From an uncultured Pseudomonadota bacterium (GTDB lineage Bacteria > Pseudomonadota > Alphaproteobacteria > Rs-D84): a stretch of 64,000 nucleotides of DNA. The translations under genes and the position numbers were made by a program. Below the pieces are notes generated by a model that did no database searches, was not told where the DNA came from, and was given only the letters and a program-made list of their open reading frames with translations. Within the stretch, counting starts at the first letter, position 1. The number at the start of each line of letters is the position of its first letter. The DNA lies in NCBI GenBank assembly GCA_947306185.1, contig CAMZFU010000001.1:23952-87951 (forward strand), in the 5' to 3' direction. Positions 48,503 to 58,980 of the stretch are shown here, one piece after another.

Positions 48503-49459
48503 ATGAAGAAAATTTTTGTTGCAATTTTCATTATATTTTCATCTGTGGTATATGCCGCAGATAAAACAATAACATCAAAAAAATATGTTGATACGCAAAT
48601 TGCAACAAAACAGGACAAAATCCCAGCGGTTGATAATAACACGGTAATAACACATACCGGAACCGTGGGTAATATCGGCGAAAAAGGTGTATACGATTCT
48701 AGCGGTAATTATGAAGAACAACAAACGGCATTAATGACCGCCGGTGATGCAAATGCGGGAATAAACAATGCATTGGAAAATGAATTTGTATGTGTTGAAG
48801 AAGATACCGACGGCACATGTTTGATTTGGGAAATAAGACCTGCAAGATTATCACAATTATCTAATACATATACGCAACTGGATTATTTAGAAAGCACAGG
48901 AACACAGACAATTAATTCAGAAATTATGGTGACTGATAATATTGGAGTATCGGTAAAATACGCATGGACAGAATTAAAAGCACAAACATACATCTTTGGT
49001 TCATATAATCCGCATTACTACCTGGGTATAAATAGTGGCCGTAATGCTATGGTTGGTTCGTATGGCCCGGAAATGAACAATGTTGTTCTTAGTATACCTA
49101 TCAATTCTGTTTCTGTTGGGACAGTGTATCAATACAATATAAACTTTTACAATTCTGGTACTGTGCAGTTTGTCGGAATAACCCCAGTTACCCAATTGGC
49201 ACCAAAAATGTTCACTTCATCTAGTGTTACATTAGGATTATTTGGGTTGACAGGGGGGATTTATAACTCAAAATCGCGTATTTATCATATGCAGATAACC
49301 GATGGTACAACATTGGTTCGTAATTTTATCCCCGTGCGGCGCAATAGTGATGGGGAATTGGGTATGTATGATTTGGTATCAAATCAGTTCTTTACAAATG
49401 CTGGTTCTGGAACATTTGTTGCCGGACCGGTTGCAAGTTATATTCCACAAAACCAATAA
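48503..49459 (+). CDS. Secreted beta-rich hypothetical protein (possible tail-fibre/lectin-like fold)
   Basis: Signal peptide MKKIFVAIFIIFSSVVYA. Gly/Asn/Tyr/Thr-rich C-terminal half. Confidence 0.45.
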   Translation: MKKIFVAIFIIFSSVVYAADKTITSKKYVDTQIATKQDKIPAVDNNTVITHTGTVGNIGEKGVYDSSGNYEEQQTALMTAGDANAGINNALENEFVCVEEDTDGTCLIWEIRPARLSQLSNTYTQLDYLESTGTQTINSEIMVTDNIGVSVKYAWTELKAQTYIFGSYNPHYYLGINSGRNAMVGSYGPEMNNVVLSIPINSVSVGTVYQYNINFYNSGTVQFVGITPVTQLAPKMFTSSSVTLGLFGLTGGIYNSKSRIYHMQITDGTTLVRNFIPVRRNSDGELGMYDLVSNQFFTNAGSGTFVAGPVASYIPQNQ

Positions 49460-49477
49460 AAATTATATTATTTTTGT

Positions 49478-49512
49478 TATTAGAAATCCGCTATATGGCG
49501 GATTTCTGCTTT
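49478..49512 (+). terminator. Rho-independent terminator
   Basis: AGAAATCCGCtatatGGCGGATTTCTgctttttta. Confidence 0.75.
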
Positions 49513-49559
49513 TTTATTGACAAACTACATGTATATGATATTTTATAAAAATCTAAAAG

Positions 49560-50132
49560 GTGTATATATTGACATTACGTCGTGAATTAAAAGAACTAGA
49601 AAATATGAAAATTGCGGACGATTTATTGGCCGAAGAAACTTATACACTTGAAGATTTATTAGATTCAAAAACCAAATATTTTATGTTGAAATTGACCGAT
49701 AAAGAACGTGAAGAATTTATAAAACAAAAAAAGATAGAGGTTCGTTGCAGAAATTTGATTCCGTGTGTTGTCCTTGGCAAGGCAAAATTAAGTGGTATGG
49801 ATACATATCAATATGCCGAAAGAAAAGGTTTAACAAAAGATATGACACACGAACAAAAACAGATGTTGGAAAATATGTCTCGTGATGTATCTTTTTGGCG
49901 TATTTTGGCAATAACCAAGAAATATTTGGCGCTGGTTATGGGAATTATGGCGGTATCTAATTTTATTATTGATATGAAATTTCCAGAATTGTATAACATA
50001 ATACAACCCGAAGAAAATTACATTTTTTGGTCTTTATTTTGTATAGTTATATTTCTTCATTATGCGGATAAAAATAAATATAATAAAATCATATGGCAAA
50101 TGTATAACCTTGCAAAATCACAAGAAAAATAA
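49560..50132 (+). CDS. Hypothetical membrane protein
   Basis: ORF-track start is GTG. Alternative ATG at 49605 (MKIADDLL). Two C-terminal TM helices. Confidence 0.35.
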   Translation: MYILTLRRELKELENMKIADDLLAEETYTLEDLLDSKTKYFMLKLTDKEREEFIKQKKIEVRCRNLIPCVVLGKAKLSGMDTYQYAERKGLTKDMTHEQKQMLENMSRDVSFWRILAITKKYLALVMGIMAVSNFIIDMKFPELYNIIQPEENYIFWSLFCIVIFLHYADKNKYNKIIWQMYNLAKSQEK

Positions 50133-50133
50133 A

Positions 50134-51753
50134 CTATCTATCATTTGTATCAAGTAAACGTTCAAGTTTTTCTTTTGCAACCTTGATTTTATCATCTATT
50201 TCTTTGATTGAATCAGGATTATTATTTTTTAATGCGTCCGCGATTAATTGTTTTCTATCAATTGTTAATTTTTCAAGATACTTTTGTAATTTTAATGATA
50301 TTAAATATTTTTCCGCAGATTCAAAACCAAGGTTCATATCTGGAACATTCGTATCAAAATCAATATTAAAACTGCTTATGAAATCACCATAACGTTCGGC
50401 CAATTCCGGATATTTATTTACAATAAAATTCAATGTATTTTTTGTTGTTAATTCTATATCTGGAACATCTATGGATATCTGTTCTGATTTTTTCTTCCAT
50501 TTGTGCCATTCGTTAAATTTGCGTGAATCATATTCGTGTTCGTATTCGGCACGAAGTGTTTTATCTGTTATTTTTTCTAGTTGGGATTTCAAAAATTTTT
50601 CTGCCTGTGTTTTTCCAGATGGTGTACTGACTAAATAATTTGTATTTGTTATTTTCCATAGGAAATCAACCAACGGCATGGAATTATTTATAATCTTGTC
50701 CATTTCACTTTTTCCGGATTTACGCAGTATTTCATCTGGGTCTTTTCCGCCGGTCACAAATGCGAAACGAACATCAGAATTATCACGCAAGAACGGTAAT
50801 ACAATACCACATGCGCGCGCTGCTGCTTTTTGCCCTGCCCCGTCGCCATCAAAACAAAAAATAATATTTCTATTCGCCTTGCAAAGTATTGCAATATGAT
50901 CTTCGGTCAATGCGGTCCCCAGTGGCGCAACCGTCTCACCAAAACCATTACATTGCATTTGAATCGCATCAATTTGACCTTCGACAATAATTGCACGATT
51001 TGCACGATGTATATTTTCACGTGCAAAATTGAAACCGAACAAAGTTTGTCTTTTATGGAACATTTCTGTATCGGTTGTGTTTATATATTTTGGTTCCGAA
51101 CCATCTAATGAACGGCCTGAAAATGCAACAATTTGACCACGCGCATTAAATATAGGAAACATCAATTTATCGCGAAAGAAATCATACATTCCATATTCGC
51201 CGCGCCGTACAAGTCCCGTTGCAATAAGTTTATCTTGTTTAGTATTTACGAATTTATTAGAAATAATATTGTTTTTTGGCGCGTATCCGATACCATATTT
51301 TTTTATCATTTCATCTGTAAATCCGCGACCGCGTATATATTCTAATGCATGCGCACCATCTGGTGTAAATAATTTTTCGGCATATATTTTTGCGGCGTCC
51401 GTTGTGATGGTTATGTATGTTTCTTCGGCTGCGATTTGTTCTTGTGATTTTTGTTTTATTTCTGGCAATGGAATACCCGCCATTTCTGCTAATTCTGTAA
51501 TAGCGGCCATAAAATCGATATGTTCCATTTCCATAGTAAATGAAATAATATCGCCAGATTTTCCGCAACCAAAACAATGATAAAAACCTTTGTCTTCACG
51601 TACAGAAAAAGACGGTGTTTTTTCATTATGAAATGGGCAACATCCCCAATAATTTTCTCCTTTTCGTGTTAAAGGTACATGACGTTGTACAACATCAACA
51701 ATAGACAGCCTTTCACGTAATTGATCGGTAAAATTATTGTCGTATTTCGCCAT
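50134..51753 (-). CDS. dnaG: DNA primase
   Basis: CHC2 zinc finger (GCCPFHNEKTPSFSV…HCFGCG). Toprim motifs (EGQIDA, DGDGAGQKAA). Confidence 0.9.
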   Translation of the reverse strand: MAKYDNNFTDQLRERLSIVDVVQRHVPLTRKGENYWGCCPFHNEKTPSFSVREDKGFYHCFGCGKSGDIISFTMEMEHIDFMAAITELAEMAGIPLPEIKQKSQEQIAAEETYITITTDAAKIYAEKLFTPDGAHALEYIRGRGFTDEMIKKYGIGYAPKNNIISNKFVNTKQDKLIATGLVRRGEYGMYDFFRDKLMFPIFNARGQIVAFSGRSLDGSEPKYINTTDTEMFHKRQTLFGFNFARENIHRANRAIIVEGQIDAIQMQCNGFGETVAPLGTALTEDHIAILCKANRNIIFCFDGDGAGQKAAARACGIVLPFLRDNSDVRFAFVTGGKDPDEILRKSGKSEMDKIINNSMPLVDFLWKITNTNYLVSTPSGKTQAEKFLKSQLEKITDKTLRAEYEHEYDSRKFNEWHKWKKKSEQISIDVPDIELTTKNTLNFIVNKYPELAERYGDFISSFNIDFDTNVPDMNLGFESAEKYLISLKLQKYLEKLTIDRKQLIADALKNNNPDSIKEIDDKIKVAKEKLERLLDTNDR

Positions 51754-53978
51754 TATTTCTTGCTAAACCTTTTTGTCGGTTTTTTGTTGTTTATTAAATC
51801 TGCGGCCGTTTCTAAATCTGGCTGGTCTGATACACTAACATTTACCTTGTTGCTTGAAATATATGCACCATAACGTCCGGTTGGATAATAATAAATCATT
51901 TTATTTGTTTTTGGATTTACACCAATTTCCACCGGTTCGGCCTTTTTATTACCACCTTCTAATAATTCACGTGCAATTTCAAGAGTGATAGTTTCAGATG
52001 TATATTTCTTTGCCGGTGCATTTTTTGTTCCATCGGTAACATACGGTCCAAAACGCCCTATACGATAAGATATACCGTCCCCAAGGTCTTTTGGTTCTTG
52101 TTTGGCGTTTGCCTCGGGGGCATCAGATAAACGTTTTGTATAATCACATTTTGGATAATTTTCACAACCAATAAATGCACCGAATTTTGATAATTTTATC
52201 CCCAATTTTCCACCACATTTCGGACATTTATCGTTGCCATCAACAAATAAATGTTTGTTCATAAATTTATTTATTTCATCGATGATATCTGTTGTTTTAA
52301 TATCACGCGCACCAGAAATCATTTTTTCTGTATCGCCCCAGAAATCATTTAATGCGGCAAGTTTATCGGTTTTTCCATTTGATACATCGTCCAATGTATC
52401 TTCGGTTTTTGCGGTAAAATTAACATCCACCAGGTCCGTAAAATACTTTGCCAAATATGCCGCGATAACCCATCCACCAGGGGTTGGATGAAAACGTCGT
52501 TGTTTATCTTGTTCAACATATTTTCTTTCAACAATTGTTGACATAATTGCCGCATACGTTGATGGACGCCCTATTCCAAGTTCTTCAAGTTTTTTAACAA
52601 GTGATGCTTCGGTATATCTTGCCGGCGGTTGAGTAAAGTGTTGATCTGTATCTATTTCAGAAATTGTGACATTATCGCCAACATTCATAACCGGTAATTT
52701 TGCATCAGATTCATCATCATTGTCGTCTTTATCTTCGATATAAACTTTCATAAACCCATCAAATGTGCGCGCGCGACCAACCGCGTGGAATGTTGCAATT
52801 TTATCATTTGTTACGATATCTGCCGCCACAGAATCAAATTCTGCATTGGTCATTTGGCACGCAATTGTACGTTTCCATATCAAATCATACAGTTTCTTTT
52901 CGTCACCAGAAAGTTCGTGTTCGGCACCATCAAAATGTGTTGGACGAATTGCTTCGTGGGCTTCCTGTGCGTTTTTAGATTTTGTAACATAAATATTTGG
53001 CGATTTTGGTAAAAATGTATTTCCATAATTTTTACTGATAAAATTTCTTATTTCACTAACCGCCTCGTTTGACAGGTTTGTCGCATCGGTTCGCATATAT
53101 GTAATGAAACCATTTTCATAAAGTTTTTGGGCAACAGACATTGTTTTCTTGGACGAAAAATAAAGCTTACGCGCGGCCTCTTGTTGTAATGTACTTGTTG
53201 TAAACGGTGCGTATGGCCGATAAGACAATTTTTTCTTGTCAATATTTGACACAGTCGCATTTATTGGTGTTTTTAATTTTGATAATACCGTATCAACATC
53301 CGATTTGTTTTTAAGGGTCATTTTTTCAATTTTTTGACCGTCAAAATAACTAAGACCTGCATTGAAATTACTTTTATCTAATTTGCAACCTGCGGATACA
53401 GACCAATATTCTACTGGATTAAAATCTTCTATTTCGCGTTCGCGGTCAACAACCAATTTAACCGCCACTGATTGTACACGACCGGCGGAACGTCCTAAAT
53501 TACGCCGCCACAACAACGGTGATATTTCAAAACCAATTAAATAATCTAATGCACGTCGCACTAAATACGCATCTACTAAATTAGAATCGATTTCACGTGG
53601 TTCTTTTATCGCGTTCATAACAGCATTTTTTGTAATTTCATGAAATGCGACACGATAAATCGGCGTTTTTCCAATCAACTTTTTTGATTTTAATATATCC
53701 AAAATATGCCATGCAATTGCTTCCCCTTCGCGGTCAGGATCGGATGCAAGATACACTGCGTCGGCCTTTTTAACTTCATCGGTAATAAGTTTAATTTTTT
53801 TTTCTTTACCTGGCATAATTTGCCAACGCATTTCAAAATTATTTTTTGTATCAACACTGCCGTTTTCTGGGACCAAGTCGCGAACATGACCAACAGATGC
53901 AATAACATGCCACCCTTTTCCAAGATATTTTTCAATTGTTTTTGCCTTTGATGGAGATTCAACAATTAGTAAATTCAT
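51753..53978 (-). CDS. topA: DNA topoisomerase I
   Basis: Toprim N-terminus MNLLIVESPSKAKTIEKYLG. Active-site region …YMRTDA…. C-terminal Cys4 zinc ribbons. 1-nt overlap with dnaG start. Confidence 0.9.
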   Translation of the reverse strand: MNLLIVESPSKAKTIEKYLGKGWHVIASVGHVRDLVPENGSVDTKNNFEMRWQIMPGKEKKIKLITDEVKKADAVYLASDPDREGEAIAWHILDILKSKKLIGKTPIYRVAFHEITKNAVMNAIKEPREIDSNLVDAYLVRRALDYLIGFEISPLLWRRNLGRSAGRVQSVAVKLVVDREREIEDFNPVEYWSVSAGCKLDKSNFNAGLSYFDGQKIEKMTLKNKSDVDTVLSKLKTPINATVSNIDKKKLSYRPYAPFTTSTLQQEAARKLYFSSKKTMSVAQKLYENGFITYMRTDATNLSNEAVSEIRNFISKNYGNTFLPKSPNIYVTKSKNAQEAHEAIRPTHFDGAEHELSGDEKKLYDLIWKRTIACQMTNAEFDSVAADIVTNDKIATFHAVGRARTFDGFMKVYIEDKDDNDDESDAKLPVMNVGDNVTISEIDTDQHFTQPPARYTEASLVKKLEELGIGRPSTYAAIMSTIVERKYVEQDKQRRFHPTPGGWVIAAYLAKYFTDLVDVNFTAKTEDTLDDVSNGKTDKLAALNDFWGDTEKMISGARDIKTTDIIDEINKFMNKHLFVDGNDKCPKCGGKLGIKLSKFGAFIGCENYPKCDYTKRLSDAPEANAKQEPKDLGDGISYRIGRFGPYVTDGTKNAPAKKYTSETITLEIARELLEGGNKKAEPVEIGVNPKTNKMIYYYPTGRYGAYISSNKVNVSVSDQPDLETAADLINNKKPTKRFSKK

Positions 53979-53980
53979 TT

Positions 53981-55126
53981 CTAACTTCCTTTGGCCGATA
54001 ATTGCTGGTCTTTATGTATGTGTGCGTTCTCGCATAGCCCAAAACCGAACATCAGTGATAATAAACTGCTGCCGCCAAAGGACATAAGCGGTAATGGCAC
54101 CCCGACGGTTGGAACCATACCCAAAACCATAGAGATATTTATAAAATAATAAATGAAAAAGTTCAACATAAAACCAAAACATACCAATTGCCCGAATCTA
54201 TTTCGACACGTTTTTGCGGCCCAAAACAATATGATAATGGTAATTGTATATATAAACAATATGGTAAATGCGCCGAAAAATCCAAATTCTTCGCCAAGCA
54301 TTGTAAATATGAAGTCGGTCTGTTTTTCCGGCAAGAACGATTGTTGCGATTGCGACCCGTTCATATACCCCTTACCAATCAGACCGCCACTACCAAATGC
54401 TATTTTGGCCTGATTTATCTGATACCCTGCGCCCTTGGCATCATGGTCTGGGTCCAAGAAAGTAATAATCCTTTCGCGTTGATATTGATGCATCCCACCA
54501 TACCAAACAACAGGTGCCGACATCACGGCAAGTAACGCGCCGATAAGGAACCATTTCTTGTTTGCCCCGACAATATAAAATATCCCAATTGTAATAAGTG
54601 CAATAGAAATTGCGGTTCCTAAATCCGGCTGCATAACAACTAATCCAAATGGGATTAACATCAGAAGTGCCGGTACTATATAGTTTTTGAACTTGCTTAA
54701 TTCCACAGAATTCATCCACGCAAAATATCGTGCCAACACCATAACAAGTGCTATTTTAAACAATTCTGATGGTTGAATATGTATAAATCCAAGGTTCAAC
54801 CAACGTTGTGCCCCCATTCCGGTATGACCAACAAATGTAACCAATACAATAAGTATTGCCGCAATTGCATAAATAGTATATGCGGACTTTAACCAGAATT
54901 TTATATTCGTAAATGCCGCGATAAAAAATACACACATACCTGCAATAATCTTTAACAGTTGAGATAAAGCAAATGGTTGCCATGAACCACCACCGGCAGA
55001 ATAAAGGATAATTTCGGATATAATCAATATCAAACACATAGGTGCAAACATAACCCAGGAAAAACGACCAAGTTTTTCCGAAAAGTTCATCATATTTGCA
55101 TTTGAAACACGTGTTTGTTTTGTCAT
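53981..55126 (-). CDS. rodA: SEDS-family peptidoglycan polymerase RodA
   Basis: Polytopic membrane protein immediately downstream of PBP2 with SEDS-like motifs. Position downstream of mrdA identifies RodA rather than FtsW. Confidence 0.75.
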   Translation of the reverse strand: MTKQTRVSNANMMNFSEKLGRFSWVMFAPMCLILIISEIILYSAGGGSWQPFALSQLLKIIAGMCVFFIAAFTNIKFWLKSAYTIYAIAAILIVLVTFVGHTGMGAQRWLNLGFIHIQPSELFKIALVMVLARYFAWMNSVELSKFKNYIVPALLMLIPFGLVVMQPDLGTAISIALITIGIFYIVGANKKWFLIGALLAVMSAPVVWYGGMHQYQRERIITFLDPDHDAKGAGYQINQAKIAFGSGGLIGKGYMNGSQSQQSFLPEKQTDFIFTMLGEEFGFFGAFTILFIYTITIIILFWAAKTCRNRFGQLVCFGFMLNFFIYYFINISMVLGMVPTVGVPLPLMSFGGSSLLSLMFGFGLCENAHIHKDQQLSAKGS

Positions 55127-55135
55127 TTTTATCTG

Positions 55136-56908
55136 TTAGTTATTTGTTAAAAGTTCCTTCATTACAGCGGATACAGTACGCGCGGCACTGCCACTGCCAC
55201 CGGAATGTTCTGTAATCACGCATACGGCATATTTTGGTGCATTGGTCGGTGCATATCCAACAAAAAGCCCGTGATTACGCATATTCCATTTTAATTGTTC
55301 ATTTGTTAAAACCCCCGATATACGTTCGGCACGCGAAATACTGCGGACCTGGGATGTTCCGGTTTTTCCACCCATTTTTGCACCTTTGACATCTATGGCA
55401 CTGCCTGCAGCGGTTCCACCTTTTTTGGTCACTTCTTCTAATCCATTTAACACGATTTTAAGATTTTTTTGTTGGAAATCCATACTTTCAAATTGCGGCA
55501 CAGTGCCATCTTTGATTAAACGCGGAATAACACGTTTGTTTGATGCGACGCGCGCCATCATCACCGCCAATTGCATACAGTTTACCAAAATGAACCCTTG
55601 ACCAATTCCGGAAATAACCGTATCACCATGAACCCATTTGGAACCTATGTTTGTTTCTTTCCATTCACGGTCTGGTATAACACCGGGCATTTGTTTAGAA
55701 ACAATATCTTCAATATATTTTTCCGTCATTCCCAAACGTATCGCCATGCGTTTAATTGCATCAATACCAATGCGCAGGGCCAGTTGATAAAAATAAATAT
55801 CGCAAGAATGCTTTAATGCTTTGACAATATTTACACGACCGTGCCCTTTGCTTTCCCAACAATGATACCGGCGATCCCCGTAATCCCAATGCCCAGGGCA
55901 AAATACGGTTTCGTTCAATGTGACGGCACCGGCCTCTAATGCGGCAAGTGCGACAACAATCTTGAATGTTGAACCGGGTGGATATAAACCTTCGAATACT
56001 TTGTTCATAAATGGTTTTGCAAAGTTTTGACGCAGGCCTGCAATATATTCTTCGGCGTCATCGCCTGCAAAATAGTTTGGATCAAAACTGGGGGTTGATG
56101 CCATTGCCAAAATATCACCTGTTTCAATGTCAATGGCGACACCACACCCCGATTTATGCAATGTCAATGCATCGTAAAGTTTGCGTTGCGCATTATCATT
56201 TATAGTTGTTTGAATATCTTTTCCGATAATAGATGGCTTGTATTGGGTTTTATCTTCGCCGGTAACACGTCCCAATGCATTTGTTATCATGACATTTTGA
56301 CCGGGAATACCGGACAATTCATCATTAAAACGCTTTTCTAGTCCTGTTATGCCATGTGTATAAAATGGTGTATTTGCAACAGGTTTATCAGGCGCGCCAA
56401 CATAACCAAAAAACTGTGCACCGGCGGGTCCCAGTTCATAAACACGTGCATAACCACTTTCCACATGCAACCCAGGAAGGTTTTTTGCCTGTAATCCCGC
56501 AAGTGTATTCCAATTTGTATTTTCACTAACCAATACCGGTTGGAACTTTTGTTGTTTTTTTATTCGTTGCCATATTTTATCAACACGTTTTTTCGTAAGG
56601 CCCAAATCATTGGCAACTGTTGAAACCAAGTTTTCCAAATCGTCTGTTTCTTCGGGAATTATATATATACGATAAATTGGCGCGTCGTGCGAAATGGGGG
56701 TTCCATACTTTGATAAAATATTACCACGTTGCGGCATATTTACCTGAATACGAAATGAATTATTTTCACTTTTTTTCTTGTAATCACGATAGTTAAACAC
56801 CTGCATTTGCAACATACGCAACACCAACCCAGATGTTAAAATCATACCTGTTGTTAAAAACAAGGCACTGCGGCGGTCGAACATTTTTGATATTTCTGTA
56901 TCAATCAT
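55136..56908 (-). CDS. mrdA: Penicillin-binding protein 2 (elongation transpeptidase)
   Basis: N-terminal TM. Transpeptidase motifs STFKIV (SxxK), SGN-like, KTGT (KTG). 590 aa. Follows mreCD. Confidence 0.85.
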   Translation of the reverse strand: MIDTEISKMFDRRSALFLTTGMILTSGLVLRMLQMQVFNYRDYKKKSENNSFRIQVNMPQRGNILSKYGTPISHDAPIYRIYIIPEETDDLENLVSTVANDLGLTKKRVDKIWQRIKKQQKFQPVLVSENTNWNTLAGLQAKNLPGLHVESGYARVYELGPAGAQFFGYVGAPDKPVANTPFYTHGITGLEKRFNDELSGIPGQNVMITNALGRVTGEDKTQYKPSIIGKDIQTTINDNAQRKLYDALTLHKSGCGVAIDIETGDILAMASTPSFDPNYFAGDDAEEYIAGLRQNFAKPFMNKVFEGLYPPGSTFKIVVALAALEAGAVTLNETVFCPGHWDYGDRRYHCWESKGHGRVNIVKALKHSCDIYFYQLALRIGIDAIKRMAIRLGMTEKYIEDIVSKQMPGVIPDREWKETNIGSKWVHGDTVISGIGQGFILVNCMQLAVMMARVASNKRVIPRLIKDGTVPQFESMDFQQKNLKIVLNGLEEVTKKGGTAAGSAIDVKGAKMGGKTGTSQVRSISRAERISGVLTNEQLKWNMRNHGLFVGYAPTNAPKYAVCVITEHSGGSGSAARTVSAVMKELLTNN

Positions 56909-57356
56909 CGCACACCACCTTGGTTAGAAAGGCGACTGGAATATACGCGGCGCACGTTACAATAAACATCAAAATCCCCAAACCTAAACTTGTCCAACTT
57001 AAGTACCAAAAAATCATAGATAAACTTGCAATACCAAAAAATATCATAAATGCGTATATGCCGTATTTCTTGGTATGCGTTAAATCAATAATGGTTTGGA
57101 TATTTACAATTGCATAGTATGCACAATAAAGTGTTGTCCAAAAAATTACGGTATCAAAATTATAATCTATTAAAAAACAAAACAAAATCGCAAATGCCGT
57201 AAAATATGGAACCGGTTTAATAAAAGAACAATAAAATATCGGAATTATCGCCAAAACACCGGCCGGATTTATCCACGGATTTGATAATCGCCACAATGCA
57301 ATCGTAATTAAAAAAGGAAAAGCAATCTGCAAATATTTAATAATGTTTTGCTTCAT
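56901..57356 (-). CDS. mreD: Rod shape-determining protein MreD
   Basis: 151-aa polytopic protein between mreC and mrdA. Confidence 0.7.
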   Translation of the reverse strand: MKQNIIKYLQIAFPFLITIALWRLSNPWINPAGVLAIIPIFYCSFIKPVPYFTAFAILFCFLIDYNFDTVIFWTTLYCAYYAIVNIQTIIDLTHTKKYGIYAFMIFFGIASLSMIFWYLSWTSLGLGILMFIVTCAAYIPVAFLTKVVCDD

Positions 57357-58177
57357 TTGTAATTTTCCTGATTTACATTAAATTTAAATACAATAACGCT
57401 TGAAAGTTGGCTTGGTGACAAAATATCAACATCAGATGTATTCTGCATTGTGCCAACAAATATATCTGGGGGTAAAATACCACTAATACTGCTGGTAACA
57501 AGTTTTGTTCCCTTGCCACCTTGGAATTTCGGATCGTTAAAGAATCCAACTGTTGGACTTGTTGCGCCATTTCCACGCAAGAATCCATATACATCAGAAC
57601 CCGCAACGCGTACCGCAATGTTTGTGTTTGAATCAGTCAACGCACGTACGCGCGAATAATGTGCACCCGTATCCATAATAATACCAACCATGGCATTATC
57701 AAATGATACAACCACCATACCGGTTTTTAATCCGTCGCGCGCCCCGCGATCTATTAAAAATGTTTCGTGATTCACCGCGGTATTATCCAATATAACATCG
57801 GCAACAACCGTTTCATATTCGGTATTGCGTTTTATATCTAATTCATTGATCAATCGTTCGTTTTCGACCAATGCCACATCACATTCGTTTTTACGGGCCA
57901 ATGCCATATCAAGCCGTGTACGCAGTTCTTCATTTTCTTGTCTAAGGTTGGAAATATCACGAATATCCCTAACTAAATTGCCACCCGCACGTATTGGCCA
58001 AGTAATAACATTACCAACACCATTGGCAATTGGCAAAATAACATGTGCCGCCCCATTCATAAACCGATAATCCGGTTTTGCCACCACTATATATATAAGT
58101 ATAATTGGCAATAATGCCGCAACAAAGGCGGATTTTATAATGGTATGTAATCTGGAAGATACTTTCTTTGGATTCAT
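57353..58177 (-). CDS. mreC: Rod shape-determining protein MreC
   Basis: N-terminal TM, coiled-coil (RQENEELRTRLDMALARKNE), C-terminal beta domains. 274 aa. Confidence 0.8.
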   Translation of the reverse strand: MNPKKVSSRLHTIIKSAFVAALLPIILIYIVVAKPDYRFMNGAAHVILPIANGVGNVITWPIRAGGNLVRDIRDISNLRQENEELRTRLDMALARKNECDVALVENERLINELDIKRNTEYETVVADVILDNTAVNHETFLIDRGARDGLKTGMVVVSFDNAMVGIIMDTGAHYSRVRALTDSNTNIAVRVAGSDVYGFLRGNGATSPTVGFFNDPKFQGGKGTKLVTSSISGILPPDIFVGTMQNTSDVDILSPSQLSSVIVFKFNVNQENYK

Positions 58178-58317
58178 TTCGACGTCAGTTTAATAGCAAA
58201 AAAAAGAATATTCAATAAAAACTTGATTTTTCCATAAATTATGTCAAAATAGCCCCGTCAAACCATCCAAAGTGGCAAGGCATTGCCACCAGGATTATAC
58301 TAACAAGAGGTTAAAAA

Positions 58318-58521
58318 ATGCCAAAATTAAAGACAAAGTCATACTTGAAAAAGCGTGCATCTATGACCGCAACCGGTAAAATTCGTGTTGCCAGAAATGC
58401 CCACAAAAAACTTCTGCGTAATAAATCTGCGCGTGCAAACAACGCCGGTTCTAAACCGCAGTATTTGAATGATAACATGGTCGGCCAGGCGAAAATCTTG
58501 GCGCCGTATGGTTTGAAATAA
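58318..58521 (+). CDS. rpmI: 50S ribosomal protein L35
   Basis: MPKLKTKSYLKKRASMTATGKIRV… typical L35. Confidence 0.85.
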   Translation: MPKLKTKSYLKKRASMTATGKIRVARNAHKKLLRNKSARANNAGSKPQYLNDNMVGQAKILAPYGLK

Positions 58522-58533
58522 TGGGGGCATAAA

Positions 58534-58899
58534 ATGGCAAGAGTAAAACGTGGAACAACGGTTCGTCAAAAACACAATAAAATTTTAGAACGTGCCAAGG
58601 GCTTCCTTGGTCGCCACAGCAGCACTTATCGTGCCGCACGTGAAAAATCAGAAAAAGCGGGTCAGTATGCATATCGTGATCGTCGCACCAAAAAACGTGA
58701 TTTCCGCAGTTTGTGGATTGTCCGTATTAACGCGGCGGTTCGTCCTTCTGGCATCACATACAGCCAATTCATGAATGGTCTGCGCAAGGCCGGTGTTGAA
58801 TTGGACCGCAAGGTTTTGGCCGAAATGGCATATGCCGGTGATGCAAATTTTGCTAAACTTATTGAAACCGCAAAACGATTTATCGCAGGGGATAAATAA
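58534..58899 (+). CDS. rplT: 50S ribosomal protein L20
   Basis: [24 protein letters not shown]… typical L20. Confidence 0.9.
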   Translation: MARVKRGTTVRQKHNKILERAKGFLGRHSSTYRAAREKSEKAGQYAYRDRRTKKRDFRSLWIVRINAAVRPSGITYSQFMNGLRKAGVELDRKVLAEMAYAGDANFAKLIETAKRFIAGDK

Positions 58900-58920
58900 A
58901 ACCCTTGGCGGCAGGTTGTT

Positions 58921-58950
58921 TTTTGTTTATGATTATGGGGCCGCGAAAGC
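58921..58950 (+). terminator. Hairpin between rplT and pheS (terminator/attenuator-like)
   Basis: TGGGGCCgcgaaagcaGGCCCCAtattta. Confidence 0.55.
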
Positions 58951-58980
58951 AGGCCCCATATTTATTAAAAGGTTGAATCA

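Noticed and set aside
48298-48642. 114-aa minus-strand ORF
   Set aside because: Overlaps the promoter, leader and 5' end of the well-supported secreted-protein gene. Sequence is low-complexity hydrophobic with no RBS.
58900-58980. Possible Phe-rich leader peptide / attenuator before pheS
   Set aside because: The only small ORF (MIMGPRKQAPYLLKG) has no Phe codons. The hairpin is more simply a terminator or processing site.
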